Of a stretch of 64,000 nucleotides of DNA, positions 26,955 to 40,324 are shown one piece after another. This stretch comes from Octopus vulgaris. Its lineage: Eukaryota. The translations under genes were made by a program, and so were the position numbers. The DNA lies in assembly GCA_951406725.2 (NCBI GenBank), contig OX597814.1, positions 193,874,001 through 193,938,000 on the forward strand, read 5' to 3'. The notes below the pieces were generated by a model, which made no database searches, was not told the DNA's origin, and worked only from the letters and a program-made list of their open reading frames with translations. Each line of letters opens with the position of its first letter. Positions within the stretch are counted from its first letter, which is position 1.

Positions 26955-27292
26955 AAGAGCCTTGTCACTTTTTTAGTGACCGGTTTGAATTCTGCGAAGG
27001 GGAAACTTAAATCAACGGAAAACGAAACAGCCTGCATTCGAGTTTTTAAATAAACCTTTATACCATTTATTAAGTACCATCTTCCTCCTTCATTTACAAG
27101 TACCAGCATTTGTATGTATGTGTGTGTGTGTAACAGAAGAGCCTTGTCACTTTTTTAGTGACCGGTTTGAATTCTGCAAAGAGAAAACGTAAATCAACGG
27201 AAAACGAAACAGTCTGCATTATAGTTTTTAAATAAACCTTTATAACCACTTATTAAGTACTATCTCCCTCCTTCGTTTACAAACACCAACAT
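26955..27292. repeat. Tandem duplication, two ~180-bp units
   Basis: aagagccttgtcacttttttagtgaccggtttgaattctgc...taaatcaacggaaaacgaaacag present twice. Confidence 0.9.
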
Positions 27293-28190
27293 GCCATAAA
27301 TAATGCGGTTTTTTATACTTTTACTTTTCAAAATTAAGATAAAGTTATCTTTTAACCTAAAATATATTCTCCTTTATTTTCTACAATGCTCTTCCATCTA
27401 TCTGGTAGACTTGCAAGGCCCCTCTTCCAAAATTCACTTGTCCGTGACGAACAATACTCCTTCAGTACTGTTCTGTCCTAGTCTACAGAATTCATTTTTT
27501 TCCCGTCCAAATGATTTTGAAGACTGCAGAATAAATGATAATCAGATGAAGCAGTGTCCGGCGAATATGGCTGGTGAGGCATCGTTTCATATTCAAACTA
27601 CTCCAGCCTTTAGAATGTCATACTTGCTGTGTGTAGTCGAGCATTATCCTGATAGAAGAACACCTTTCGTCTTGAAACCAAATATGGTCGTTTTTCTTCT
27701 AGCGCAAGTGTCGATGAATGGTTGAATGACCAAATCCAAGCTTGTCCGCTAGTTCCTCAACAGTTACGATGGGATTTTGTTTCACCGAGATTTGCAGGAC
27801 GTCCTCGTCGAGCTCTACAGATCTTCGAGGACGAGGCTCGTCTTCTAGGCTATAGTTTCTGGAACCACCGTTGACACTGGCTTACGCTTATTGTCCGATC
27901 CCCATATACTGCATTAATATTCCTTGCACTTTCCACTGTGTTGTTGCCTTTATTGAACGAATAAAGCAAAATATGCCGAATATGCTCCTTTGTCACTTCC
28001 ATTATAGCTTTGCGAAAATAACTGTTAAACTTGAATTAATAATAAACTGTTAAACTTGCACTAATAATAAAGACAAGGTAAAATCACTACCTGCTTTTAT
28101 AGCAAGTTGATGCAGGTAGTTTATCCCGTCCCCCTCCGACTTTTTCTTCATGTAATTCAAAAAAACATTATTTATGGGATGACCCAATAT
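27293..28190 (-). mobile_element. Internally deleted mariner element
   Basis: TIR tattgggtcatcccataaataatg at the right end, truncated partner ccataaataatgcgg at the left; transposase remnant inside. Confidence 0.9.
27352..28002 (-). pseudogene. Mariner transposase pseudogene with central deletion
   Basis: MEVTKEHIRHILLYSFNKGNNTVESARNINAVYG...TVEELADKLGFGHSTIHRHL, then directly EEKRP...FYQDNARLHTA...PHQPYSPDTASSDYHLFCSLQNHL...RWKSIVENKGEYILG*; the WVPHEL/TGDE region is missing. Confidence 0.9.
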
Positions 28191-28191
28191 A

Positions 28192-28259
<68 letters not shown>

Positions 28260-28263
<4 letters not shown>

Positions 28264-28420
28264 GATGGGCTTCTTCCAGTTTCCGTCTACCAAACCCACT
28301 CATAAGGCTTTGACTGACTCGAAGCTATAGTAGCAGATACCAGCCCAAGGTGCCACGCAGTGGGACTGAACCCGGCACCATGTAGTTGGGAAGCAAGCTT
28401 CTTACCACGCAGCCACGCAT
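28260..28420 (-). mobile_element. SINE family A, 5' half
   Basis: Homology to family A. Confidence 0.85.
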
Positions 28421-28751
28421 ATACGTATCCTAATTTAGTTGTCACTGAGCCAAAGTTTCATGCATAAAAGCTAGAATTGCAAAATGGCTAGCAGTCTAAC
28501 ACAGTTTTTGCAAGTCAACATGAGAGCATCTTTTGTACGGTGGCGCTCGTTGTCGTAAGATGACCCGTGTCAAAGGAGAAACTGTGTTTTAAAGATAATT
28601 AAGAATTGACTATTAATTACTTCACTTCATAAAATGAAATGAAAACATATCAAAGACATCTTGTGTTGAAAGGAAAAGTCGGTTTTCAATGAATTTAATC
28701 AGGAATTTTGAAAACACTTAAGTCATTATTAAGCTATTTAGAGAAGATGCA

Positions 28752-28937
28752 AGTAGTAGTGGTGGTGGTGGTGGTAGTGGTGGTGGTGGTGGTGGTAGTG
28801 CTGGTGGTGGTGCTGGTGGTGGTGCTGGTGGTGCTGGTGCTGGTGGTGGTGGTGCTGGTGGTGCTGGTGCTGGTGGTGGTGGTGGTGGTGGTGGTGGTGG
28901 TGGCAGCGGCGGCGGCGGCGGCGGCAGCAGCAGTAGC

Positions 28938-29018
<81 letters not shown>

Positions 29019-29050
29019 GGTGGTGGTGGTAGTGGTGGTGGTAGTAGTAC
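28752..29050. repeat. (GGT)/(GTA)/(GCG) triplet microsatellite
   Basis: Directly visible. Confidence 0.95.
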
Positions 29051-29062
29051 TAACAAGTGACA

Positions 29063-29097
<35 letters not shown>

Positions 29098-29099
<2 letters not shown>

Positions 29100-29268
29100 C
29101 TGACACGGGGGTAGAACTTGCTTTAGAAGACTGCTCTATGCGAAACAGCGAGTATTTTGAGATTGGTACTTGGGTGTTAAGTATCGTGGAAAGAGAATCT
29201 GTGAGACCTTTGACAACAGGTTGTTGTCTGCTCTTACTGAAATAACCAGAGCAAGATCGGAGAAGCAA

Positions 29269-29338
<70 letters not shown>

Positions 29339-29480
29339 TATTGAACAAATAGAGGCTGCAATAAGTGTGGGGCGCTTGCAGAAAACAGCGCTGCTTGGAA
29401 CCGCTCGAATACTCCGGATGGTGATCGAAAAATAAAGGGTGTTACCTTAGTTCACTGGGTAACACCTTGGCAGTCAACAA
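29098..29480 (+). mobile_element. Two 5'-truncated R4/Dong-like non-LTR retrotransposon ends in (TAA)n
   Basis: Translations L*KTALCETASILRLVLGC* and LQKTALLGTARILRMVIEK* match the QK..L.GTA.ILR C-terminus of RLE-type (R4-clade) ORFs; each fragment is preceded by a (TAA)n tract. Confidence 0.75.
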
Positions 29481-29756
29481 TTATTATTATTCCCTTTTGA
29501 TCAGGCTCCCGTGGCTTTTATGGGTTTTTCCACGAGTAACCTTTCGAAGCGCCTCCTCCTTTTGGGAATTTCAATTGTTATATTTTCGTTGTTATCTCTG
29601 GGATTTTTACACGTTTTTTTTGCAAACGGACAAAACCCTTTGTAACTTTCGTCCTGTGTTTTGTCCCTTTATGTTTTAATTGATTTTTGTCAGCCACTAA
29701 GGGACATGCTCAACTGGTTAAGGTCAAACAACTGACAAGCAAATCTGTGGTATTGA

Positions 29757-29825
<69 letters not shown>

Positions 29826-30709
29826 CAATGAAGTTTGCGGAAAGTGTAATTTAATCGTCTGTCGTCTGGGTCTAAGCTCAATCAGTCGGCAATGACATGC
29901 GAAAGTACGAAAATATACCAAAAAAAATTTTCTGAAGTAGTAAAATAGACGTAAAAGAAGCCATTTTTCTCCAATGGTAAACACAGCGTTCCATGAAAGC
30001 AAATAGAGAACTGAAAGTAAAGTGAAGGAACAAAGAAACAATGCATGCCACTGATGAATATCAGAGAAGAGGTTTTCAAGTAACTTCATCATTTCTGACC
30101 ACCAACAACAACAACAATAAAAGCTGTATTTGTTTATTTAAGTCATCAAGGATAACATGATGAAAACTTTCGCTTATCTTCATTTGATGAGCAGATGGGT
30201 TTCTCCCACGTACGTCGTACAAGCACGTACACAGATACAAACACACAAACACACATTCACACACATACGCATATGTGTGTATATATGTATATATATGTAT
30301 ATATATATATATATATATTATATATGTATATATATATATATTATATATATATATATATAATATATATATTTGTATATGTGTGTGCATGTGTATTATATAT
30401 ATATGTATGTTACGTATGTATAAACGTAAATGCAGAGATTTCAACATTCACACACACACACATACACACACACACATACACACACACATACACACACACA
30501 TATATATATATATATAATTATGTGCGTTGACTGGAGCATCAAGGTGCTTTAGCTCTTGTTTCTAGCATTGTAGGTATATATATATATGCGTGTGTGTGTG
30601 TGTGTGTGTGTGTGTATAAATTTATATACATAAGGATTAAAATTATAATCAAGTGTGTCTAAAAGATACCACCATGCTAGATATAGCAACCAATTATATA
30701 TATATATAT

Positions 30710-30935
30710 TCTTCTTTTTGTTTTAGTCATTTGACTGCTGCCATGGTGGAGCACTGCCTTTAGTCAAACAAATCTACCCCGGGACTTATTCTTTGTAAGC
30801 CAAGTACTTATTCTATCGCTCCGTTTAGCCGAACCGCTATGTTACAGGGACGCAAACACACCAGCTTCGGTTGTCAAGCGATGGTGGGGGGACAAACGGA
30901 GACACACAAATACACACACATTCACACACACATAC
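30710..30935 (-). mobile_element. SINE family A, 3' half
   Basis: Homology to family A. Confidence 0.85.
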
Positions 30936-31277
30936 ACAGCGACTCATGCGCCTGTGCACCCGATTGTAGAGAGGTTGTGCGTTTTTGGCCACATGAGTCT
31001 GACTAGTAGCCTAGACTGCTTAATGGTTTATGACCGGCCATAACTTATAATTTCCTAAAATGTGTACACACACGTTTGTGTACGCATAACATATATATAT
31101 ATATATACATATATATGCATATGTATGTGACATTTCTGTTTATCACCTTGAAAACCTGAAAGAATCTCGGTCACTCCAGTCAGTAAATCAAGTCTTTAGC
31201 TTTACAATATAAATGTATAAGATTCTACTAGCTTATGTAGACTGGTAACAAGCGCCGTACTTAAGAACTTGCACACA

Positions 31278-31355
<78 letters not shown>

Positions 31356-31359
31356 ACAT

Positions 31360-31548
31360 ATGCATAGGGGAAGAGTTCACGAAAAAACAAAAGACAAAGA
31401 CAGGTGGTGTACAAAACAAACAGATGTATTAGTATAACGCTCAGGAATTGAAAAAGTATTTTACGTTTCGAGCCTACGCTCTTCTACAGAAAGGGACACA
31501 AAAAAAACAAGGAGAGAAAAAAGATGTGTGTAGTGGCTACCGATCTAT
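31360..31548 (-). mobile_element. Penelope-like terminal-repeat fragment with hammerhead-like motif
   Basis: Reverse complement ctttCTGTAGAAgagcgtaggctcGAAAcgTAaaa; near-identical to 3481-3680. Confidence 0.6.
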
Positions 31549-31889
31549 CATGACGACATACATACCCATACATACATACATACGTACATACATACATACA
31601 TACATACATACATACATACATACATACATACATACATACTTAAGTACGTAAGTACGTGCGTACATATATAATATACATGCATTGAAATGGAACATTTTGA
31701 TATGAAAGTATTCAATTTTATCCACATCAGTCACTTTTACAAGTCTTGCTTAACGCATAGAGTCAACACAATCATATTTGACAAAGTAATGTTAAATCTT
31801 CAGTATGCGAGAGATATCTATTTTACCGTCATAAAAGTATAACGAAAAACACGTATTTCTATATATCTAACCTACATATATACATATAT

Positions 31890-32160
31890 ATATTACGTGA
31901 TCATGTGACCGACCTGGCTATCAGATGTTTCTGCACATCGCTGGTCACAATGCACTTTGCATTGTTTTAGCCTTCAAATGACGCCACCCCGCTGGCTAAG
32001 CGAGCAGGCCAACAGAAGAAAGAGTGAGAGAAGGTTGTGGCGAAAAAGTACAGCAGGGATCGCCCCCCACCCCACCCCTGCTGGACCCTTGTAGAGCTTT
32101 AGGTGTTTTCGCTCAATAAACACTCACAACGCCCGGTCTGGGAATCAAAACCGCGATCCT
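31890..32160 (-). mobile_element. SINE family D body with a distinct 3' tail
   Basis: D body, then ctgttggcctgctcgcttagccagcggggtggcgtc...ggtcacatgatcacg. Confidence 0.8.
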
Positions 32161-32444
32161 ACTTATTTATACTTATTTATACATACATTTCATTTATACA
32201 TACGTGCTTAAATATATATAGACATATACACATACGAAACGCCCTATTTAAAAAGCAATATATTTAAACAAGATCTAAAGAGGGCATAAAAGCCGTTAAT
32301 TCCGAGTGGATTTACACATTTCTGATTAGATTGTAAATAGACAAAACAAGATTGGTTCCGTCGGACATGAAATGCAAGATCGACTGATCTAAATGAAGTG
32401 ACAACTCACGTGATTTTAGGGCTGACTACAGACACAATTTCAGT

Positions 32445-33044
32445 ATGTTATGTAATGTAGTTATGTATGTATGCATGTATGCATGTATGTATGTATGTAT
32501 GTATGTATGTATGTATGTATGTATGTATGTATGTATGTATGTATGTATGTATGTACAAGGCGTTCATACTGTGATACCTGTTTCTTCTGCCAGCCAGCAC
32601 AGCTTTGCAATAGAATGTGCAAAACTTTCGCCAGGTTCAAGAGTCACAGAAGGGCCTCACATTGCATCAACACTGACACATTTCAATGGTTCTTTCTAGC
32701 AGTGGCTTTGTTCGTATACGAGAAAGCTGCTAAGAGATGTATGTATGTATGTATGTATGTATGTATGTATGTATGTATGTATGTATGTATGTATGTATGC
32801 ATGTACGTATGTACATATGTATGCATACACGTCTGTCTGTATGTATGTATGTAATGTATGTATGCGTATATACATGCATAGATATATATATATATATATA
32901 TACATACACATATATACGTACACGCATACATACATGTGTTTATGTAATGTGTACGTATGTATGTGTGTGTATATATGTATGTATATAGACAGACAGACAG
33001 ACAGACAAGCTGACAGACTGACTGATAGATAGAGAGATAGAGAG

Positions 33045-33081
<37 letters not shown>

Positions 33082-33096
33082 GGCGGGCAGGCAGGC

Positions 33097-33183
<87 letters not shown>

Positions 33184-33185
33184 CA
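32445..33185. repeat. (TATG)n and (GACA)/(GATA)n microsatellites
   Basis: Directly visible. Confidence 0.9.
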
Positions 33186-34562
33186 TTTGTATAAACCGAC
33201 TATCAATGAAGGACAGTTAATGCCAGTTGAGTTTCTCAATGTACGCCTTGTTTCCACTTCTCTTTATGCTTCCCTCACACCTTCCACCGTCCCCATCAAA
33301 GTCTGCACCCCGCCTCCCATTGCATTCATTAAACTTCCCGATTCCTCGCTCCGTTGGCTGTAATGGCTCAGAGATTCCAGGAGAGCTGGTCTATTGCACT
33401 GCTGTTCATACAACCAGATACTCGGACCATGTCCGTCAACAGGACTAGAAATATCCTGACAAGAGCACAGATTTGCTATTATATTGTTCCACTTTTAGGA
33501 CAATGATAGTGATATCAACTAGAATAAAACCGTTACATGTCATTTTAATGCCAAAAAGGACGTCTGAATCACCCGGTACACGAGTGCCTCAAAAGTAAAT
33601 AGGCACCCCTCATAATACTGTTTTATCTGTGACAATGCTTCTTTGCGTTTCAAACTTGTTCAATAACTCTATGCAGAAGGCATGTCTACTAAATGTTAGA
33701 TTCAGTATTTAAATGCATCAAATGACATCATTTTGTTTCTAGAAATAAATCTATATTAATAAAAGCGAAATTCTGTCTGTCTGGGATCCCTGTATATGAG
33801 TCTACATTTGCTCTACATAGACATATTATACCTTTTTGGAATCAGGATGATTCTGGGATTGAAAATCTGCCCTTCATTTGGTTCTTAAACATCCACCATT
33901 GGGATTTGTTTTAAAAGCATTTGGGTTGCTGGCATTTGTCAGATGGCATCAGAGATCAAGGGAGTGATAAATCACATTCATAAATGACAGTCGGGATAAG
34001 AACTCTGGGACAGATTGGCTAGCAGTTGGAATCCATCTTGGGACTGGAACAATAGGATTGCAGAATTCATTCTCATCCATCCTTAACTTCTGCTCAAACA
34101 CCACCAGGGCATGTAGTCTTTATAGACATGTTATAGTCATACACTTTAGTTCTCTTTAGTTTTGGGTTGCAGGCCCAATTAGCTGTCAGTGGGAGCTAGC
34201 TTAAAAGTCCACACAGAGTGTAGCTTTTCAGCTACTAAATAGAGAGAGAGAGAGAGATGAATGAGAAAAGGAAGAAAACGGAGAAACTGACATCCAGATA
34301 TAGGTCCTTGACACAATTATATATATATATGTGTGTGTGTGTCTGTGTTTTATCTGTCTGGATGTCTTACTGAGTCTCTCGGTGTGCGCATGTCCGCGTA
34401 TATCTTTTTGCTGACGTACATCGACACAGAACTTGAGCATCAACGAGAATTCCGAAAAAGAGAACAAAAAAGAAAGTGCACTACAAAAGTTCCTTACTAT
34501 ATTTATTCTGCGTCGTGTTACAAACACTCCCTCCTTTCTCTCTCTCCCTCTCCCTCTCCTTC

Positions 34563-35110
34563 ACCATAAATGCATTGAAAGCTATTTTCTCTCTCTCTCT
34601 TTCTTTCCATCTATTTCTCTCTCTCCCTTTCTCTCTCCTTCTCTTGCCACTATAAATGCATTGAATGCTATTTTCTCTCTCTTTCTCTCTCTCCCTCTCT
34701 TTCCTTCTCTTTCTCTCTCTCTCCCTCCCATTCCTTCTCTTTCTCTCTCTCTCTCCCTCTCCTTCGCCATAAATGCATTGAAAGCTATTTTCTCTCTCTC
34801 ACCCTCCCTTTCTCTCTCTTTCTCTCTTCCCCTCTCTTCCCCCTCTCTCTCTCTCTCTCCCTCTCCTTCTCCTCTCACCATAAATGCATTGAATGTTATT
34901 TCTCTCTCGCTCTCACTCTCTTCCTTTCTCTCTCCCTCTCTCTTTCTCTCCTACAACCACAAATGCATTGAATGCTACTTTTCCCCTCTCTCTCTCACTT
35001 TCCCTCCCTCTCTCTCTCACTTTCCCTCCCTCTCTCTCTCTCTCACTTCCCCTCCATCTCTCCCACCCTCTCTCTCCCCCTCCTGCCACCACAAATGCAT
35101 TCAATGCTAT
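34563..35110. repeat. Minisatellite: six copies of a ~25-bp core (ccataaatgcattgaatgctatttt) separated by CT-rich spacers
   Basis: Cores at ~34563, 34649, 34766, 34877, 34956 and 35088. Confidence 0.9.
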
Positions 35111-35515
35111 GGGCCCCGTCGGAAACCTGTAACCAACGACATTATTGTTCACCAATTCCGATATCAAATAAACGCCAATATCTTAATATAAAGAACCAGA
35201 TATTTATTTATGTTTCTCCACCAAACTCTTCTATCATTACAAAGTCAACATCATCTAACATTTTTCAGTGTGCAGTTACCTACAGATTGCCCTACACATC
35301 ATCAACGAAACATTCTCCAGCCTAATCTGTAATACTGTATATTTTGTCAACTTGAAAAAACATCTGTTTTTCACTCAAATCTTCGTTACTTTTTTTATTG
35401 TTTTCCTTTTGTTTATGCTGGGGTTTTTTTTGTTGTTGCTGTTCATTTCTCTTCTGTTTTTTTTGCTTTAAGTTGTACATGTATATATATATGTAGTGTT
35501 ATGATACATGCACAC

Positions 35516-35558
<43 letters not shown>

Positions 35559-35572
35559 CCGACGGAGTGCTC

Positions 35573-35622
<50 letters not shown>

Positions 35623-35625
<3 letters not shown>

Positions 35626-35738
35626 CTTTATTTAAAGCAGCAGAAAATTCAACAAAACCTGTTACTCTGAGTTTGCCGTTCAACGGGAAACTCAGAGTAA
35701 CAGGTTTTGTTGAATTTTCTGCTGCTTTAAATAAAGCA
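35623..35738. repeat. Near-perfect palindrome, ~57-bp arms, ~1-nt spacer
   Basis: tgctttatttaaagcagcagaaaattcaacaaaacctgttactctgagtttgccgtt-c-aacgggaaactcagagtaacaggttttgttgaattttctgctgctttaaataaagca; one internal mismatch. Confidence 0.9.
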
Positions 35739-35842
35739 TATTACTCTACCACTGGTATTTGAGTACTCTTTTTCAACCTTGTTTCACATTTATGTGTTTA
35801 CTCCGGTATACATATATATTGTACATATATGGAACATATAAG

Positions 35843-36035
35843 GAGCACTCCGTCGGTTACGACGACGAGGGTCCCAGCTGATACGATCGACGGAACAACC
35901 TGCTCGCGAAATTAACGTGCAAGTGGCTGAGCACTCCACAGACACGTGTTCCCTTAACGTAGTTCTCGGGGAGAATCAGCGTGACAGAGAGTGTGGCCCT
36001 TCGCAATACAGGTACTACTGGGCCATTGCACCTCC
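35843..36035 (-). mobile_element. SINE D/B chimera with large internal deletion
   Basis: First ~20 nt of the D head (ggaggtgcaatggcccagt) fused directly to the B tail. Confidence 0.75.
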
Positions 36036-36050
36036 ACACACACTCACACA

Positions 36051-36108
<58 letters not shown>

Positions 36109-36124
36109 AAGTACATATATGTAG

Positions 36125-36157
<33 letters not shown>

Positions 36158-36159
<2 letters not shown>

Positions 36160-36320
36160 GACGGGCTTCTTTTTCAGTTTCCATCTATCAAATCCACTAT
36201 CAAAGAAGGCTTTGGTTGGCCCGAGGCTATAGTAGAAGGAAATTACTCATATATGCCACGCAATGGGACTGAACCCAGATCCATGTGGATGGAAAGCAAG
36301 CTTCTTACCACACACCCACT

Positions 36321-36325
<5 letters not shown>
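36158..36325 (-). mobile_element. SINE family A, 5' half
   Basis: Homology to family A. Confidence 0.8.
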
Positions 36326-36377
<52 letters not shown>

Positions 36378-36545
36378 CCATGTGTGTATGTGGATGGGTG
36401 GATGGATGGATGGATACATGCATGTATGTATACAAAGAAAGAGAGGGGAAGAGACAGACAGTTACATATACAAATATACATATATATGTGTGCATGCATG
36501 TATGAGTTTGCTTCTGTGTAATCATGTATGCATTAAACAAATCTG

Positions 36546-36600
<55 letters not shown>

Positions 36601-37068
36601 CCAATGTGAGATACCAAGAGTAGAGAACGTGACGTCGTCGATTGAATTGCTTTGGCTTAATAACAGAAGTACATTGCATATACACACGCACGATTATATT
36701 AGTATGTATATATGTACGCTGTATATGTACAAACATCTATATACATACGTCTGTTGTGCCCGTATATATACATATATGTGTGCGTTTTGAGTGTCTGTAT
36801 GTGTGTGTATGTGCGTGTGTACGAATACCCATATGTATGTGGTAGGGCGACTTAACGCTTGATGGAGTCGTTGGGGCGCCGTCAAGGCATATGTTGTGTC
36901 TTGGACATTTAAAACTTGCCGGAGCCTATCCCACTCCGAGTACATATATATGTATGTATGTACGTATGAATGTATGTATGTATGTGTGTATGTATGTATG
37001 TATGTATGTATGTATGTATGTATGTTTGTATGTATGTATGTATGTATGTTTGTATGTATGTATGTATG

Positions 37069-37100
<32 letters not shown>

Positions 37101-37154
37101 TGTATGTGAGTATGTATGAATGTATGTGTGTGTACGCAGTTTGGTATGTGTATA

Positions 37155-37244
<90 letters not shown>

Positions 37245-37277
37245 TATCATATATGTATATATGAATCTATGACGGTG

Positions 37278-37316
<39 letters not shown>

Positions 37317-37734
37317 GCGCACATTTATACATACATATATAGATGCGTGTACCTGAATTTGTGCGTATGTATATGTGTGAGGTTGTGTGTATGCTTGCGT
37401 GTGAATGCATGTGTATGTGTTTAAGCGTGCATGTATGTATGCATGCGTGCGTGCGTGCGTTTGAGTGTGTGTGTGTATGTGTGTGTGTGTGTATACGTGT
37501 GTGTGTGAGTGCGTGTGCGTTGTTATATTTTCCAAATTTTTCGCTAATGGAGAATGAGACAATTTCTAACCTAGAAAAAAGCAGAAAGAGGAGGGGGAAG
37601 GGCATTTAATGGAATTTAGACAAGATTTGGGTAGTCGCGTATATGATGTATGTATGCATGCATGTATGTATTTATTTATGTATGTATGTTTGTATGTATG
37701 TACGTATGTGTGTCTGAAGCATGTGTATATGATC

Positions 37735-38052
37735 GTTTATCGACCACGTTGTTCCGGGTTCAGTCCTCGCGAGTGGATTTGGTAGACGGAAACTGAAAGA
37801 AGCCCGTCGTATATATGTATATATATGTGTGTGTGTGTGTGTGTATCTTTGTCCCCACAACATCTCTTGACAACCGATGCTGGTGTGTTTACGTCCCCGT
37901 AACTTAGCGATTCGGCAAAAGAAACCGATAGAATATGTACTAGGCTAGCAAAATATAAGACCTGGGGTCGATTTGTTCGACAAAAAGGCGTTGCTCCAGC
38001 ATGGCCGCAATCAAATGACTGAAACAAGTAAAAGAATGAAAGAATAAAAGAA
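37735..38052 (+). mobile_element. SINE family A with internal deletion
   Basis: B-box ggttcagtcc joined directly to gagtggatttggtagacgg; complete tail. Confidence 0.85.
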
Positions 38053-39074
38053 TATGTCAGTCTGTATGTGTGTGTATGTGTGTGTAGATGTATGCATATA
38101 TGTTACTGTATGTGCATGTTTTTTTTTCCTTTAGGGGTTTATTCAAGTTTCTTTTGCAAAATTCAAGCTGATGAATTAGGGACAAGGCACTTTTGTTTCA
38201 ATCAAGGCGTTTCTTGGGGTTTCCGGATATCTGAATTTGTTGATGTATGCATACACGTACACACACACACACACGCGTATATGCGTATGCGTGTACATAT
38301 ATGTGTGACCTGATAAACTTGCACTTTTGCAGTATGTGTGAATGTGACGTAAGTACACGAGTGTGCTTCACTATTGCTTATGTGCTCGTGTGTGTGTGTG
38401 TGTGTGTGTACATTTGTGTATATCTGGTCAATTGTGTTTACATCATATTAATTGTAATGTTCCGCTACCTTTCTATAACTTTTGAGGCGTGCATACAGTC
38501 TAGTTCTCTTTTGGCTTTACCATCAGGAGAAGTCCTTCCTTCGTATGGCATTGTAGATGGTTTTAACGACAATCTCGTCTCATGGGAAAGCAATATCTTC
38601 ATAACCTTTGGAACAGCTACTAGGGGTATGGGCAGTGACGGCTCGTATATAGGTACTGCGGAACTGCAACACCCCTTATTTCCACTCGATATTATTGATA
38701 ACATTCAATATAATGAGTCCTTTTTTCTTTAATTCTTTCTTTATACTTGTACGTTAAATAATCCTTAAGCTTAATGTCAGTAGCCATCCCCTAGTTTATG
38801 AAAAAAATACAAAAATCCTTGTATAGAAGTTCCAGCGACGTGGTGTCTGGCTGTTGTGCGCATGCTTAGATGTCCGAGATAGGCAGCTGCACGCTAGGGA
38901 GAGATAGACTGCGTTTCACGCAGTGCTGACCATGGTGTGCTGGTGAAAGGTAGTGTTTCTTTTTGACTCCGCGTGTTGTGCTTAAAAACGTGTTTATATT
39001 CTTGAATGTGATAAAGTGTAGAATTAGATTATTATCCTGCTTCCATTAAATATGTAATTCTAAATATAAATAAT

Positions 39075-39408
39075 AACAAGAGCACACAGAGAGCGCAAAC
39101 CTCCGCCAAAGCAAAACCAACGTCCTCTCAATGATTAGCGGAGATGATTTTTAAAATGAGAATATCTGAAATAAACTCGACTGCTCTCACAAACAAGAAT
39201 ACTAAAAATGAACTCTCAAAAATTAAGTAAAAAAAAAAAACAGGAAAAATAATCTAGAATCCTTGTCCGATACCGGATCGATCCCAAAATGTAATTAGTT
39301 TGTGCCAGTCATCCGAATCCATCCAACGGTTCTTGAGATGTCTTGTCTACGGACAAACAAATATGACTGAAAACAATACTTCTGCCTTCGCTAAGTCGGA
39401 GGTGATAA
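39075..39408 (-). mobile_element. Helentron-type non-autonomous element (HINE/DINE-like)
   Basis: Subterminal inverted repeats acctccgcc / gtcggaggt, one set in a palindrome (cttctgccttcgctaagtcggagg), internal (ACAA) repeats, terminal hairpin and cttgtt end. Confidence 0.6.
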
Positions 39409-40324
39409 ACCATAAAATAAATTTCTATTTTTCAAAATGAAACAAAACTAACAGTAAGGTGGAAAATGATATTTATTCCATATACTTCCACTTATTTATA
39501 TTCGATAAGTTTTCTTCCACATTTATTTAATTGCAAAAACGTCTTTGATCAGATCCTGACCATGACACCATGAACTCTTCGAAATTACATTTCCGATCAT
39601 ATAAACCACTTCAAATATTATTTTAGCAAGTTTAAAGTTATTTCTTTTGTGCCGTAAACCATTTACCATTTCTGTGCTGTCTCCATCCCATTTCCCTTGA
39701 TATCCTAAGCACGTTCTTACATTACTTAGTGGATAATCCAGCACTGCTTACAGGTCGTGTGCATTAATCTTATGCTCTCTCTTTAACACAGATTCTGTCA
39801 GTGTCACTGTTGATGTGGAATTTACCAGTAGCTGTTAGTATCTTGGTTGACTTGATATAAACGAGGAATTTTAATAACAATTGTGTAAATAGATTCCGCC
39901 TATATACAATGTCGTCTAAGACAGCGATTCTCAAACTTACAAATACCAACTTTTTGTTCTCACTTCACTCTCTTTGTTAATGGGAAGAAAAATAGAGTTT
40001 GTCGTTCTATGTATTGTCCCCTCTGTGGTGTCCTGTCTGTCCTTGTTTGTCCCCCTCTATTTTGGGCCCTTGTGGCTAATAAAGAAACCGAGAAGGAAAA
40101 ATAGAGTTTGTATCTATATAATTCTTCTCTCAAAGTTTTGGTGTGGACAAGTTTAGAAAGTTTAAAATAATCGTAATTTCTTTTTATTCAACTCAAAAGG
40201 GATCTGGGACTCGGGGTTCGTTTTCTTCATGGATTACTCTGGAATGGTTTTGGGTTCGTGTGAACATTTTGGAAAACAGTTTTTGAGAAATGGTGACATT
40301 GCTTCAAGATAAAACAAACGTCTA

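Noticed and set aside
33747-33800. Helitron-like 5' end (a|tctatattaataaaagcg...gtctgtctg)
   Set aside because: No matching 3' hairpin-CTAG end found.
34563-35110. CRISPR-like repeat-spacer appearance
   Set aside because: Eukaryotic context, low-complexity spacers of uneven length, no cas genes.
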